A DNA stretch of 63,951 bases, filler included, from Fonticula-like sp. SCN 57-25 (GCA_001724245.1; 4 parts of 4 records of this genome joined end to end with filler, not necessarily neighbours in it), one strand, 5' to 3'. Positions 13,813 to 24,579 are shown, counted from the whole stretch's first letter. A program made the numbers and translations. The notes: a model not told the origin generated them from the sequence alone.

Positions 13813-14113
13813 ACATGGATTAATTTCTGCAAGTGTCTCGAGAGTGAATATCTGAATTGAATATCACAAGAATTGAATATCATGCGCTCAAGCCGTCAAT
13901 TTCTGTATCTTTTTGTCAATCTCTTTCTGTTATATGTACCGATATAATGCGTGATATGGATGTATACAACGTGTTTATATTATAAAGGCAACATCAAGTG
14001 AATGGCAAACAAGTGGGCCAGAAAGGGAGCCAGGGGCACAGGGAGCAAAAGACCAGCTTTAACTACAAAACAGCTGCGCCGTCGAAAAATGCATATGATA
14101 TGGCTCGTCGCGC

Positions 14114-14770
14114 TCAGACACCAATAGCGCGCGCGCGACGCAACATGAGGCGGCTTGCACGCGCCCTCTGCGCGCAGCCTGCCGCGGACCCGCGCGAGTG
14201 GGCATGCGGGGCGCGCGAGAGCGGCGAGCGCGATCCCTTGTACATGTCGTATACGTCAAGCAGCTCAAAGTGATCCTCGCTCCGCTTGCGGCGCGGCTGC
14301 TGCGGCTTGGGGTCCCGCCAGCCGTCGAGGTGCAGCGCGACGCTCGCGGGGACGCCCGACAGATTCGCCCGCGCCGCTTCCTTGGGCGGCGTGGCTGCGG
14401 CGATCAGCGACCAGGTGGGCACGTCCGGGGCCTTGCCGACCGAGTGGGCGTCGTCAGTGATGATGCTAAAGTCGTCCTGCGACGACGAGCGCTTGAGGAA
14501 CTCCCAGTCGCGGTCCACGGTGAGCAGGTCCTTCATGCGAGGCAGCTTGTACAGGCGGAATGCCTCGGCGAGCGTGGGGAAATCTCGATCGCTGTCAAGG
14601 TCAAAGCCGGGCGAGCGGGGCGGAAGGGACGCAAGCAACGCGTCGGGATCATTGTCGAACGCGCCAAGCACATCATAGGCATCCTGCGCGTCAAGCTCGG
14701 GCAGCGCATCGAGCACCCGGCGCATGCTCAGCAAGAACGAGAGATCGAGGGACGCGGCGATGTTCGACAT
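14114..14770 (-). CDS. Hypothetical protein with N-terminal CUE-like domain
   Basis: Likely start MSNIAA. LPELDAQDAYDVLGAFDNDPD resembles a CUE domain; DFPTL motif; GC-rich codon usage. Confidence 0.45.
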   Translation of the reverse strand: MSNIAASLDLSFLLSMRRVLDALPELDAQDAYDVLGAFDNDPDALLASLPPRSPGFDLDSDRDFPTLAEAFRLYKLPRMKDLLTVDRDWEFLKRSSSQDDFSIITDDAHSVGKAPDVPTWSLIAAATPPKEAARANLSGVPASVALHLDGWRDPKPQQPRRKRSEDHFELLDVYDMYKGSRSPLSRAPHAHSRGSAAGCAQRARASRLMLRRARAIGV

Positions 14771-15317
14771 GGCAAGAGGGCTGATAGTGCAGGGGAGAAA
14801 ACAATATATGTTTTGAATTAAGCTACAGCAGTGATGCCCTAGCAAGGTGGGACGATGGACGCAGGAAAAGCGCGCGATGAGCCGATCTGATAGCACCGGA
14901 CGTCCCGCAGTTAAGCAGAGCAAAGCGGGCCGTCCAACGGGATTCAAGGAGTAATACTCTTCAGCGGGGCCGTTAGTGTTCCTGAAACGAGGAGCGCGCG
15001 GACAATAGGGGTCAACGGTTATGCTGCGCGCGCGCCAGTATATATTGATTGCGTCACCCCTTGCAAGCATTTTTGTTGCAACGGATTGCCCAGGATGACG
15101 TCACCACTGTGCTGCCAAGGCTCGCCACATTGCGCCTTGGGGGCCTCCAAAAGGTTGCGAGAGGTTGTCCATTCCGTGTTTGTGCACAAACGGGCGAAAT
15201 ATTAGTGTAATTTGTGGCAGGCAGCTTTTTGGGCGCCACTGTAACTGGCAACTTTTCCTTAGCATGCGATGACATCAACAACGCAAACTGCAAACTGTGC
15301 GCCACCGTCGTGCCACC

Positions 15318-16222
15318 ATGTCGAAGCGACGAGCGGGCGACGGAGGCGGCGCCGCGCCGAGCAAGCGAGCCGCCGCTGCTGAAAAGCCCGCGACGGAGAG
15401 CGGAGGGCTGGGAGGAGACGAAGACGATGACGCTGGATTTGCGCTACCGCCGTATGCCATCGAGCTCGATCGCCAATTCTACGCCTTCATGGCCGTCTGC
15501 GCGCTGTTTTACTCGCGCGACCACATCGTGTGCACCTGGACGAGGATACAAAAGCCCTTTATCGGCCTCGTCGGAAAGCCCATTACCGCGGAGGTGTTGA
15601 GGCATTGCAAGTTCCTTGCCGGCGACGCCTTTAATGTCGGGCACGTCGTTGTCCCCCGCGATCCCATTGCAGCGAGCGTGAATACCCTCGAGCCCACCTC
15701 GGTCACAGGCTTGCAGCAGGACATTGCAATATACCTGTCGGGAAACGCGAATGCTAGGCAACCTTCGTGCGTCTCTCTACTCACTACTTTGTGTATTGTG
15801 CTTACAAAGCCTCTAGTCCGCAGCAGAGCGGGCGCTCAGAGTCCACTGACGAGCTCTTTGGTGTTGCGTCCTTTGAGGCTCACGTAAACCGCTCGCGAAG
15901 CACGAGCGCCTTTGTCTACACCGAGCGCATCAAGTTTCGCCGCGCCATTTTGGACCTTGTCAAGAAGCTACGCGCGGCCAGCGTCGATGCGCCGGTGGAC
16001 GACGCTGCGCTAAAGGCCTACCTAGACGAGCACAGTGCTGAGTGCTTGCCCACGATCGACTTTAGCAAGGTCGACGAGAGTGCCGCGGCGCCCGTCGCGG
16101 TCGTGGCGCCTTCAGACTCGTTCCAGTTCCGAGGCGACGTGCAAGAGCTTTTAACGCACCTCCGCTCGCGCGGCTTTTTCGACGACCAGATTCGGCATCA
16201 CCGCGTCCGCTCTGGCCACAGC
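15318..16222 (+). CDS. HRQ1: Hrq1/RecQ4-like helicase, N-terminal fragment (truncated by contig end)
   Basis: LPPYAIELDRQFYAF...HIVCTW and VQELLTHLRSRGFFDDQI resemble the fungal Hrq1 N-terminus. Helicase core not in window. Confidence 0.6.
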
Positions 16223-16322
16223 NNNNNNNNNNNNNNNNNNNNNNNNNNNNNNNNNNNNNNNNNNNNTTAATTAATTAANNNNNNNNNNNNNNNNNNNNNN
16301 NNNNNNNNNNNNNNNNNNNNNN
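16223..16322. other. Artificial contig spacer (N44-TTAATTAATTAA-N44)
   Basis: Six-frame stop linker flanked by Ns. Composition changes across it. Confidence 0.99.
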
Positions 16323-17142
16323 ATGTGCACTTCTTTGCGAGGAAGACGCCCTGGTCGGATCTCCCCAATCCCATCTGGACAATCGTAGACTTGTAGTTCA
16401 AGGAAGATTGGGTCACGTGGTTCCACAGGGCCTTTAAACATTCTACAGAGTCGTTTTCTATCCAATGTGAAAGGGTGAAGACGTCGCGTGTTAAGACATC
16501 GAGAGAGTGCGCAAGGTAGCGTTCGTCCTTTCCTTCTAGGACCTCGAGAAAATAGAGCAAGCATTCTGGTTGGTTGTGCTTCATACTGACGTTCATAAAA
16601 TGGTGGCATCCCTTTTCGTCTGCGAATACGCCGCGGTTGCATGGATTTATCTGCTTGATAGATTCGATCTCTCCTTGCATGATGAGCCTTTCTACTAGTT
16701 TTGGTGTAGTGATGAACCTGCAAGTCACGGCTCTCTTGACCAATTCTAACGGACCGTTTTGTGTCATCCACTCGGTGTCAAACTTCCACTTTATAGGGTT
16801 CTCCTTGATATTGGCGGCTTTGCATATGTTTGACGACAAGCGCATGGCCATACAAAAGCTCGCGATTTTACTCACGGGGCCCAGGGATTTTATAACGGCT
16901 CCAAACTTTCTGACTTCTTCTGCGCGTTCTTGCTTGTCGAACATGTGCGCTGCGTCGTGGAAGAGCTTGCAGGTTTCGGTGAGAAAGGGATTGCATTGAA
17001 GCGCGAGACCGAGTATTTCCGAAATGATTTCTTTGGGAAGCTCGGCTAATTTGAAAACTTCTGTTTTGATCTTCTTGTTGGGCTCGTATTCTTCGGTGGA
17101 TTCTTCGCGAGCGCGCTTGATTCCGGCGTGTCGGTAATCCAT
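16323..17142 (-). CDS. F-box-like / ankyrin-like repeat viral protein (3' truncated)
   Basis: FKLAELPKEIISEILGLAL...TCKLF is F-box-like, followed by degenerate ankyrin-like helices (HNQPECLLYFL, NDSVECLKALW). Confidence 0.55.
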
Positions 17143-17433
17143 TTTTGTGTTGTTTTGAGTTGTGTGGTTTGCTTTGTTGCGGTGATGAAAAATAATGAAT
17201 TGGGAAACGGGATTTTATGGCTGCCAAAAATTGAAGTTCACAAACTAAAGAATTGTTCAAATCACAAAGTTGCGCTTTCTGAAGTTCATTCTTTATAAAA
17301 TTTATTTTCTGACGTGTTTAGAATGTCAGAAAATAATTTTTAACAAGACACGTCACCAGAAATATTCCGTCGAAACCATAAATTGCGGTTTTGTCCATTC
17401 GATCGAAAGCAAATCAGCCAAACACCACACATC

Positions 17434-17796
17434 ATGTCAACACTCACTTATCCTCCTCCGCTTCTCTCGTACGACGTTGTTCAAACGTTTATTTTGGCGG
17501 CCATCTGCGTCATTGTGCTCATCATAATATCTTCTCTGGTTACCGACTTTTACAAATTCTTCTTCTTTGGACATCACATGAAGAAGCCATGGGTGTTCGC
17601 AGCGTGCTCCATCTTCTTTGGAATCAAAACGGCACTCGTTTTATTGGCATTCACCGTGATCAAAGAGGTCTGGGATTCGCACTTGAAGGAGCTACTCGTA
17701 AACGCGAACGCTTATTTGAGGCTACACGGCAAGCCCATCACCGTTGATCAACCCAAACCAGCAGAGGTTCAACACGAAGTGTTTTACGATAAATAA
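17434..17796 (+). CDS. Hypothetical viral 2-TM membrane protein
   Basis: ATG after an AC-rich leader. Two hydrophobic segments; the stop overlaps AATAAA. Confidence 0.65.
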   Translation: MSTLTYPPPLLSYDVVQTFILAAICVIVLIIISSLVTDFYKFFFFGHHMKKPWVFAACSIFFGIKTALVLLAFTVIKEVWDSHLKELLVNANAYLRLHGKPITVDQPKPAEVQHEVFYDK

Positions 17797-17853
17797 AAGA
17801 CCAACTACCAATTTTTATTTTTCATTTCTCACGCGCGCGCACACGCGTAATTT

Positions 17854-18489
17854 CTATTTTCGTGGTTTATATTGCGAAATGTCCTTTACTGGACCCACGG
17901 CCTTGAAATCTCTCAAAATGACGTGCCCTGACCGCGCATTACCCGGAATGAAGCATTGGTCCACGACCGCTGTGCACTGGACCTGATTGTCCGTCGTCAT
18001 CATGTCAAAGCTATCACCAGGTTGTGGCTTCTTTATAAAGTTCTTACTACGCCTCGATTTGATCCAAAATGCCGCTTTGGAGATGTTAAAGTTGCGTTTC
18101 TTTCCTGGTTCGTTGGAATTGAAGGACATGATGTTATTGAATATGTCATTGGCTCTAGACCCGTCTCTAGTGTCGTAGTTATGAATTTGTTGCTCTTGAA
18201 AGTACTCGGGCGATATCTGCAAGTTGAAGTTTGCGCCCTTGGTCACGATCTGATTCTTCATGTTGAACCAATTGGGTCCAGGGTGCATGGCAGCCTTTTC
18301 GTCCGTCGGTCTCGTGTTCCACGCTCTCTTGCCCTTGATCACTTTCTCTTTTACTAAGCGTTGAATAGGTCTCGACTCTGGATTGTTGGGGTTCAAGAAC
18401 TCGTACGGAGGATTGCCAAAGGTTTGAACCAAGTTGTTGGGATCAAACCTTTTAGGGTCCAATAGGTCAGAGGAGAGTCCCTTTCTCAT
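17854..18489 (-). CDS. Hypothetical viral protein
   Basis: 211-aa ORF with AATAAA downstream on the minus strand. Confidence 0.65.
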   Translation of the reverse strand: MRKGLSSDLLDPKRFDPNNLVQTFGNPPYEFLNPNNPESRPIQRLVKEKVIKGKRAWNTRPTDEKAAMHPGPNWFNMKNQIVTKGANFNLQISPEYFQEQQIHNYDTRDGSRANDIFNNIMSFNSNEPGKKRNFNISKAAFWIKSRRSKNFIKKPQPGDSFDMMTTDNQVQCTAVVDQCFIPGNARSGHVILRDFKAVGPVKDISQYKPRK

Positions 18490-18572
18490 TATTCAGTAGT
18501 TTGGTGGCTTGTTTATTTATTTATTTTTCACAGAGGGTTGATTACAAGAAGCGAACAAAAAAAATGGCTCTT

Positions 18573-19301
18573 TCACACAATGTAATCAAAGCCACTTTCC
18601 TCGTCTTTCTCTCTGGTGAAGAAGATCTCTTTCTTGACCAACCAAGCCAAGAAGGGCTTGTCGTTCTGAGCTTGATGGTCCAAGTAGAGCATACGGCAAC
18701 ACAGATACCTTTGCACGTACACCTTGGTCTTCTGTTGCATGCCCATGGTATTCTTACGGTGAATGAACAACTCCACACCCACGTTGAGCACGAGAAATCC
18801 TGCGAGTGGTGCAATGTCCAAGGCTGGTGTCGATTGCAACCCCGAGTAATCGACCAAGTAGAACCAGAAATAGGCCCAAATGAACATGTTGGGAAACATG
18901 ACGTAGTTTTCGCGCTTCCTACCCAAGAAGAAGACAATGTCACCGCACAGCCTGTACGACAACAATGCCATCAAGATGGTGAGTCTGTAAATGGTAGTGT
19001 CGAACACGATGGGCCAAATGATCAACCCCGTGTGAAATGCGTAGTCCATAATCTTGTCCATGAATTCGTACTGGCCGAACCTCACGAATCGTGCAAAAAA
19101 GTACACGAATAGAGAGTCTACAATGTCGAACCCCAAGAAGCCGACGATCATGACCACGAACGGGTGGTACCATTTGAACAACAGCATGCCCCATAATCTT
19201 ATGAGGAAGCCGAAGCAAACCAACACCACGTCCCGCTTGTCAATGTCTACGACGGTCTTCTTGTCGTAAACGACAATGTCCGATGGATCGTGCGATGCCA
19301 T
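18573..19301 (-). CDS. Hypothetical polytopic viral membrane protein
   Basis: 242 aa with several hydrophobic helices. Repeated AATAAA downstream. Confidence 0.7.
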   Translation of the reverse strand: MASHDPSDIVVYDKKTVVDIDKRDVVLVCFGFLIRLWGMLLFKWYHPFVVMIVGFLGFDIVDSLFVYFFARFVRFGQYEFMDKIMDYAFHTGLIIWPIVFDTTIYRLTILMALLSYRLCGDIVFFLGRKRENYVMFPNMFIWAYFWFYLVDYSGLQSTPALDIAPLAGFLVLNVGVELFIHRKNTMGMQQKTKVYVQRYLCCRMLYLDHQAQNDKPFLAWLVKKEIFFTREKDEESGFDYIV

Positions 19302-19456
19302 TGATTCAGCTTTTTTTTTCCAACGAGAGCACCGCTCCTTATTTTATTGCGTCCTCCGCTTGGCAAAATTGAATTTTTTTAAATAGAAGCAAAAAATGCA
19401 TTATTAATAGTTATTAAAAAAATAAATCCACCACACCGCCCTCGACGACCGTGATA

Positions 19457-20161
19457 ATGCTATTCACATTATTCGGCCTATTTTGCGTTTTTTTGGTGGT
19501 TTACGGCTATCTGAACAAACAAGACCAATTTGGTTACAGAACGAACAAAATAGGAGCACTTTTATTGGACGTGCTCGTACCTTGGTTGTCAATGTTATTG
19601 TACCCGTTCAAGGCGAGAAAAGACAAGGCGCAAGGCAAAGCAACAAACGGAACGATTGCACTACGCAAGAGAGAAAGCCCGCACGCGAGCAACGAAGACT
19701 TGATGATCAATTCGGACTTTGTCAACGGTCCAAAAAAAGAGAAGCGCCAAAAGACGCTCGTCGATCTATTGTACAACTACGTGATCATTATCATATTGGT
19801 CGTGCTCATCTCGGGCACGGTCCTGTTCGTGTGCGGATTGTTGTACCAGGTCGTGTTCACTTATTTCCAGCAACGCGAAGTCTACGCTCATTTCAGGGGT
19901 GTCTCCGCTTCGTGCGCAGCAAAGGACCTCGACCCTTTGTTGCACCCGGAGTGTTCCAAGGCCAAAATAGAGCTGTCCATGTGGCCAGTGTTCAGGACTG
20001 CCAGCGTGCTGTTCAGGGCCGTCATCATCCTGATAGAGAACATTGGTTTCTTCACGTTCTTGTTCGTTTGCGCCGTGTTCGTGTTCTACTTTTATCTCCA
20101 ATCGAAGCTGCTGCAACACCGAGCCATCGATGCTATTAAACGTATAAAGAAACAAATGTAA
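19457..20161 (+). CDS. Hypothetical viral membrane protein
   Basis: Multiple TM segments and a Cys pair in a loop. ATG at 19457; AATAAA after the stop. Confidence 0.7.
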   Translation: MLFTLFGLFCVFLVVYGYLNKQDQFGYRTNKIGALLLDVLVPWLSMLLYPFKARKDKAQGKATNGTIALRKRESPHASNEDLMINSDFVNGPKKEKRQKTLVDLLYNYVIIIILVVLISGTVLFVCGLLYQVVFTYFQQREVYAHFRGVSASCAAKDLDPLLHPECSKAKIELSMWPVFRTASVLFRAVIILIENIGFFTFLFVCAVFVFYFYLQSKLLQHRAIDAIKRIKKQM

Positions 20162-20319
20162 CCATTCGCGCCGTCGAGAATAAAATACACAACCCACCGG
20201 TAGTCATGTAAAAAAAAATAAATTAGAGTCTATTTTTTTATGTGGTCGTAAAATAGTGACACAACTGACTGACAGCTGTCAACCCTTTACTCCGAGATTT
20301 CTCCACCAGAAAAGAGACT

Positions 20320-20829
20320 ATGGCCCTCGACTCCAAAAACAAGTACTTGATAGTATTTCTGGAGGCACTGGGCTTGGTGTGTCTCGTTTCCATCATTTTG
20401 TCGTCGATGGCAATCAACACGGTCCACAGCCCCACCAAAATTAGAATGTGTCACTTGCAACCAGCTTCAAACACTACGGACTTTTGGGAGGTCAAAATGG
20501 AATTTGTCAAGGGTAAAATTAGCTACTACGTCAGAAGCGACTCCGAGCGAAACGTGACTCAATTTTCCATATTGGGTCCTTACAACCCCTACAATGGGCT
20601 GAACGTTAGTGCACCCTTTGTGCGCATTTCGAGGAGTAGCAACTTTATAACCAGCTTCGACAAACCCCACGAGGGGTACATCACCTCGGAGTACATCGAC
20701 GGCAAAGCCATTCACCCTGTAATGTTCAACAAGAAGACGGACGACATTATAGACTTTACGACTCGTTATTACGTCTTTATGAACTACGGATCCAACAACG
20801 TGACGCTCCAAGTTCAAGACTCGTGTTAG
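20320..20829 (+). CDS. Type II membrane glycoprotein, possibly with a degenerate CHRD-like domain
   Basis: N-terminal TM and four N-X-S/T sequons. ISYYV...NVTQFSILGP...RYYVFMN loosely follows the CHRD pattern. Confidence 0.55.
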   Translation: MALDSKNKYLIVFLEALGLVCLVSIILSSMAINTVHSPTKIRMCHLQPASNTTDFWEVKMEFVKGKISYYVRSDSERNVTQFSILGPYNPYNGLNVSAPFVRISRSSNFITSFDKPHEGYITSEYIDGKAIHPVMFNKKTDDIIDFTTRYYVFMNYGSNNVTLQVQDSC

Positions 20830-20872
20830 AAAAAAAAATTATGTACAATATGAAATAAAAATACAGTTCGAT

Positions 20873-22540
20873 TTATATATAGAATACAGTGGCCAAAATC
20901 CTTCGAGCAAATGATGCAACGTACGCCAAATTGATCGGGTTCTTCTCGACGTATTCAGCACAATACGAGTAAACCTTCTTATCGAAACATTCGAATATGG
21001 CACCCATGTCAAAGCTCTCCATCATTTGTAGCATGTTCGAACCGAGCTCGCCTTCTTCGAGGTCTTCGGGGTTTTCTCTAATGGCCGAAAACAAAGCCCA
21101 AGGCAGGTTTCTGTAGTTGGTGAGGAAATCATCGCATTTGACAAAGGTGGTGCACGTAGATTGCATTCTCTTGATTCTTTCCATCAGAAGAGCTGCGGAG
21201 TAACCGTAGAAGAATCTATAAGACGGTGCCTTCGACCTCGCTGCCGCGGCTTGACGAAAGTAGGTAACGAACTGAGTTTCCAGCGAGACGAACGTAGAAG
21301 GATTCTTGTTCCAGAACAAGCACATGAAGAACAAATAGTCCAGGCAGTAGGCACCTTGGATGTAATTGCAGTGGATAATGACGTAGCACCAATACCAGAT
21401 GAAAATGTTGCGACTGTCACGTTGTTCGACGAGAGCGGCCAGCGTTTCGAAACCTTGGCGCGGCATGTAGTTCAAGAACAGGTGGTTCACGAGTTCGTCG
21501 TGCATGTCGTAATCGAGGAGGTGTTTGTCTTCGATGAAACTATAGCGGGCTCTCAATGCGTTGCAAAAGGCTTCGTCGGGGCCGTGTTCCAATATTGCCT
21601 TGCAAATGTAGTCCATGTTTCTCCTTACGAAGGCATTGGCACTCTCGCCTTCTCTGCGCAAGTGTTCAGTGGCGGCGGCTGGTGTGGGGGTTGTAATTTC
21701 GACACGTGCACTTTCGGCGGCCGTTTGCGTCGAAGCAAGCGCGCGTGGTACGATAATTTTGAAACGCGGAATTTTGTCGTTTTCACGTGAAGAGACGGGG
21801 ATGGCTGGAGGCACAGAAAGCATAATTTTGACGCGCGGAATTTCGTCGTTTGCGCTCGCAGGGGTGGGGACGGTGGGTGATGTTGCGTGGGCAATTTCAA
21901 ACCGTGCGACATCTTCTGTGATACCAACCACGTCCTCGGTGGTCTCGTGTCGTGGAGAAGAGACAGAAGAGCAGGAGGAGGAGGAAGAAGAAGAAGAACT
22001 CGACTCATCGCTTTCGCCCATCTCGACTTCCAAAGAAGACGGCTCGAACCTGAAACCATCGTCCAGTCTCGTGATGACGACAGAACTTTTGCTCGATTCC
22101 TCTTCTTCCATGGAAGCAGCAGACGCGGCAGCGACGATGGCCTCGTAGCGAATGTCGAATTCTTCCATATCGGGCTCGGATGAAGCGTCTGAGTCGATAC
22201 TGGGTAAATTACACTCCCTGTAACTCGGTCCGGCGGGAGCGACACTCATGTCAAATTCTTCTTCTTCTATGGAGGCTAAATAAAGACTGTTGAGCGAATA
22301 GGAACCCAAGCAAAGAAGCGAATAAAACTTACCAGTTTCGGCCTGCTTGTTGGCGAGAGCTCTTCTGGACAACGAGAATCGATTCTTTGCGAGATATTGA
22401 TTTGGCTCGAGTTTAATTTTGTTGACTGATTATAGCGGTATAAGAAAAAAGGTAATCGATTGAATTTGTTAACGTTACTTACTAATTGTCCTAGCCTTGG
22501 GAAACTTGGTAGAAGCTCTTGCTAATTCTTGGCTCATCAT
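20873..22540 (-). CDS. Spliced viral protein with acidic/Ser-rich region and internal repeats; join(22483..22540, 22333..22425, 20873..22275)
   Basis: Two 57-nt GTAAGT...YAG introns give a continuous frame from ATG 22540 (MMSQELARAS...). The first intron contains an in-frame stop. Confidence 0.75.
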
Positions 22541-22611
22541 TCGTGTTTTGTTCTGTTTGGTTAGGATGAAAAAATGAACGGGCAAAATTTGCCTTTTATC
22601 CTCGGTTTTGA

Positions 22612-22782
22612 ACGTCAAAAAATAAATTTTATAAAACATTCCAGAAGTTCAGAATATGAGATTTACGCACATTCTGAACTTCAATTCTTTATTCCGCATT
22701 ACCAAAAACTATAAAATCAGAATCATTCAATTAACTCGTATCAACACACACACACACAAACTACACAAGCAACATAACGAAC
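22612..22782 (+). promoter_or_regulatory. Conserved viral upstream module (ACGTCA-AT tract-GAAnTTCAGAA-TGAACTTCA-ATAAAATC-AC-rich leader)
   Basis: Colinear with the minus-strand upstream region 17143-17315. Contains a 12-bp inverted repeat (22644-22655/22671-22682). Confidence 0.6.
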
Positions 22783-23282
22783 ATGGAAGAAACGAACGAA
22801 TACATTTTGAATTGCGTGGCCAAGAATGGTGAGCCTTGGAACCCTCCAACATTAGAACCGCGCTCTTCCTTGAAGCAAATAAGAGACTACTTTTATTTAC
22901 TACGCTGCGATGGCTCCGTATGGGGAGTCACTCTAAAGGAGAAGTTCAAGTACGCCGATCCAATGTCTTTCGTGCATACGCTGCTGGGTTATAACGAAGG
23001 CAGTCCTCTCAACGTGGAAAAATGCGACAAACTACAAACCGTATTAGGCGTATACGTGCAGAGCCCTAGCATCATAAATCCCATCGTCGTCACGTCCACG
23101 GTGGAAGCCAACCGAAGAGCTGCTCAATTTCTAAAAGATCATTCGAGTGCCAACACATTGCCACGTGGTGACTGCGTATTATGTTTCCTCGACGAGGACA
23201 ACGAGACCGTGTTCGAGTAAAAGTCGTAAATAAATCATTTCAGAAAATCAGAAAACGAGATTTACGCACATTCTGAACTTCA
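22658..23282 (+). repeat. 26-bp exact direct repeat GAGATTTACGCACATTCTGAACTTCA (22658-22683 and 23257-23282)
   Basis: Direct sequence identity, extending imperfectly to ~47 bp. Each copy ends ~95-100 nt upstream of an ATG. Confidence 0.9.
22783..23220 (+). CDS. Hypothetical viral protein
   Basis: 145-aa ORF with AC-rich leader and AATAAA after the stop. Confidence 0.7.
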   Translation: MEETNEYILNCVAKNGEPWNPPTLEPRSSLKQIRDYFYLLRCDGSVWGVTLKEKFKYADPMSFVHTLLGYNEGSPLNVEKCDKLQTVLGVYVQSPSIINPIVVTSTVEANRRAAQFLKDHSSANTLPRGDCVLCFLDEDNETVFE

Positions 23283-23375
23283 GATTTTTTTGTTTCACAA
23301 AGTTGATTTTTACGAACGTCAATAATTCAATTCTTGACGCGGGCACGACCACGAATCAAAATACACGGCGAGTAA

Positions 23376-23684
23376 ATGTTTTGCATCATCGCATTAATTA
23401 TCGTCGTCTCTTTCGTTGGTTACTATTGCCTGGTCAAGGTCAGCAAGCCTGTACAATTTCTAAATCCCACGTTCCACACGCCTCCTGGTTGTGATCGCGC
23501 TTGGTTCGTCAGCATCCCTCGCGAGAAGGCTACGGGTGATTTCTTTGCCAAGATATGCTCTTTCGAGGGTGTCTTTATCACGGGCACCGAAATGGAAGGA
23601 AACAAATTGTATGTGATGCTCGTGGGCCCCAAGAGTGCGTTGGAAGCGATGGCGCGCGACAAAAGCCCTATATTAAATAAATAA
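23376..23684 (+). CDS. Small viral protein with N-terminal TM/signal
   Basis: Hydrophobic N-terminus; AATAAA at the stop. Confidence 0.6.
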   Translation: MFCIIALIIVVSFVGYYCLVKVSKPVQFLNPTFHTPPGCDRAWFVSIPREKATGDFFAKICSFEGVFITGTEMEGNKLYVMLVGPKSALEAMARDKSPILNK

Positions 23685-23812
23685 CGCATTCTACGATATT
23701 CTGTACATGCGCACGTCACCAACTCACCGGGGAAAAAAATGATAAAAAAAAAGACGTCGGCACATTTATTTCACTTTCCATTCAAACCAAACACCACACG
23801 CAACAAACAAAA

Positions 23813-24379
23813 ATGATCAACCCTTTCTATTTGGTTTACTCGAAGATTTACGACCACGTAGACTCTATAGCAATCGCAATCTTTTCAGTGTGGTTGCTCA
23901 CCGTGACGGCCATGTGGTCCTCTCAAATGCACCATTCTATGAAGGACACAGACGACCCCCTCCAAGCAATAAGTTTCCCACCGATCATAGGAGCAACGGT
24001 CAAAACTTATGCCCTCTGTAAAATGGTGACGACTACTCTTGTCGTGTTTGCCTGCGCTGCAATTCCGACGATAGCCTCGATTCTATTGCTCGCTCTAACT
24101 GTTAAAAAGGACACCAAGGCGATAACCAAAGTACCCATGATAATCTTGGGTACTGTATTGTTATGCGCCTTTATCGTCTTCCAAGCTCACTGGACTATCG
24201 ATGGTATTTCAAACCAGACTGTCATCCCTAGCAGAGAAGTGATACGCAAATCTTTCATGCACACGACCTTCTTTTTTATGACCACATGGGAGTTTTTTTT
24301 CACAACATCTCCCCTTTGGATCTTCGTATTTATTGTACTTGTATTGTGGAACAAATTTCAACCAACGGTACAATCTTAA
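23813..24379 (+). CDS. Hypothetical 4-TM viral membrane protein
   Basis: Four hydrophobic segments, AC-rich leader, TAATAAA at the stop. Confidence 0.7.
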   Translation: MINPFYLVYSKIYDHVDSIAIAIFSVWLLTVTAMWSSQMHHSMKDTDDPLQAISFPPIIGATVKTYALCKMVTTTLVVFACAAIPTIASILLLALTVKKDTKAITKVPMIILGTVLLCAFIVFQAHWTIDGISNQTVIPSREVIRKSFMHTTFFFMTTWEFFFTTSPLWIFVFIVLVLWNKFQPTVQS

Positions 24380-24579
24380 TAAATAACGTCCACCACGACG
24401 TCTTCTATAGACAATTGTTCTTTTCTTTCTCTTTCTTTCTCTGCGCGTTCTTCGTATATAGGAAACACATCACACCTTTCCATCTCGTCTATAAACCTGC
24501 AGCCGTAGCAAACGCACCCTCGCGTGCGCAATTGGAGCACAGTTTTGAGTGATTCGTGACCTATACCGCCTGCTGACAT
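24376..24579 (-). CDS. Small CxCxxC-containing viral protein
   Basis: ATG after AAAAACAAA; GCVCYGC motif. Confidence 0.45.
   Translation of the reverse strand: MSAGGIGHESLKTVLQLRTRGCVCYGCRFIDEMERCDVFPIYEERAEKERERKEQLSIEDVVVDVIY

Noticed and set aside
14771-15070. 5' extension of the 318-aa ORF
   Set aside because: Starts at a non-ATG codon and reads like UTR/intron sequence; coding style begins near 14770.
22639-22682. Heat-shock elements (nGAAn arrays)
   Set aside because: Most GAA/TTC pairs have 1-nt rather than 2-nt spacing; only one canonical TTCnnGAA.
22637-23282. Direct repeats read as transposon ends, integron cassette sites or CRISPR repeats
   Set aside because: Only two copies, no recombinase or cas genes, and the fixed distance to start codons fits promoters better.
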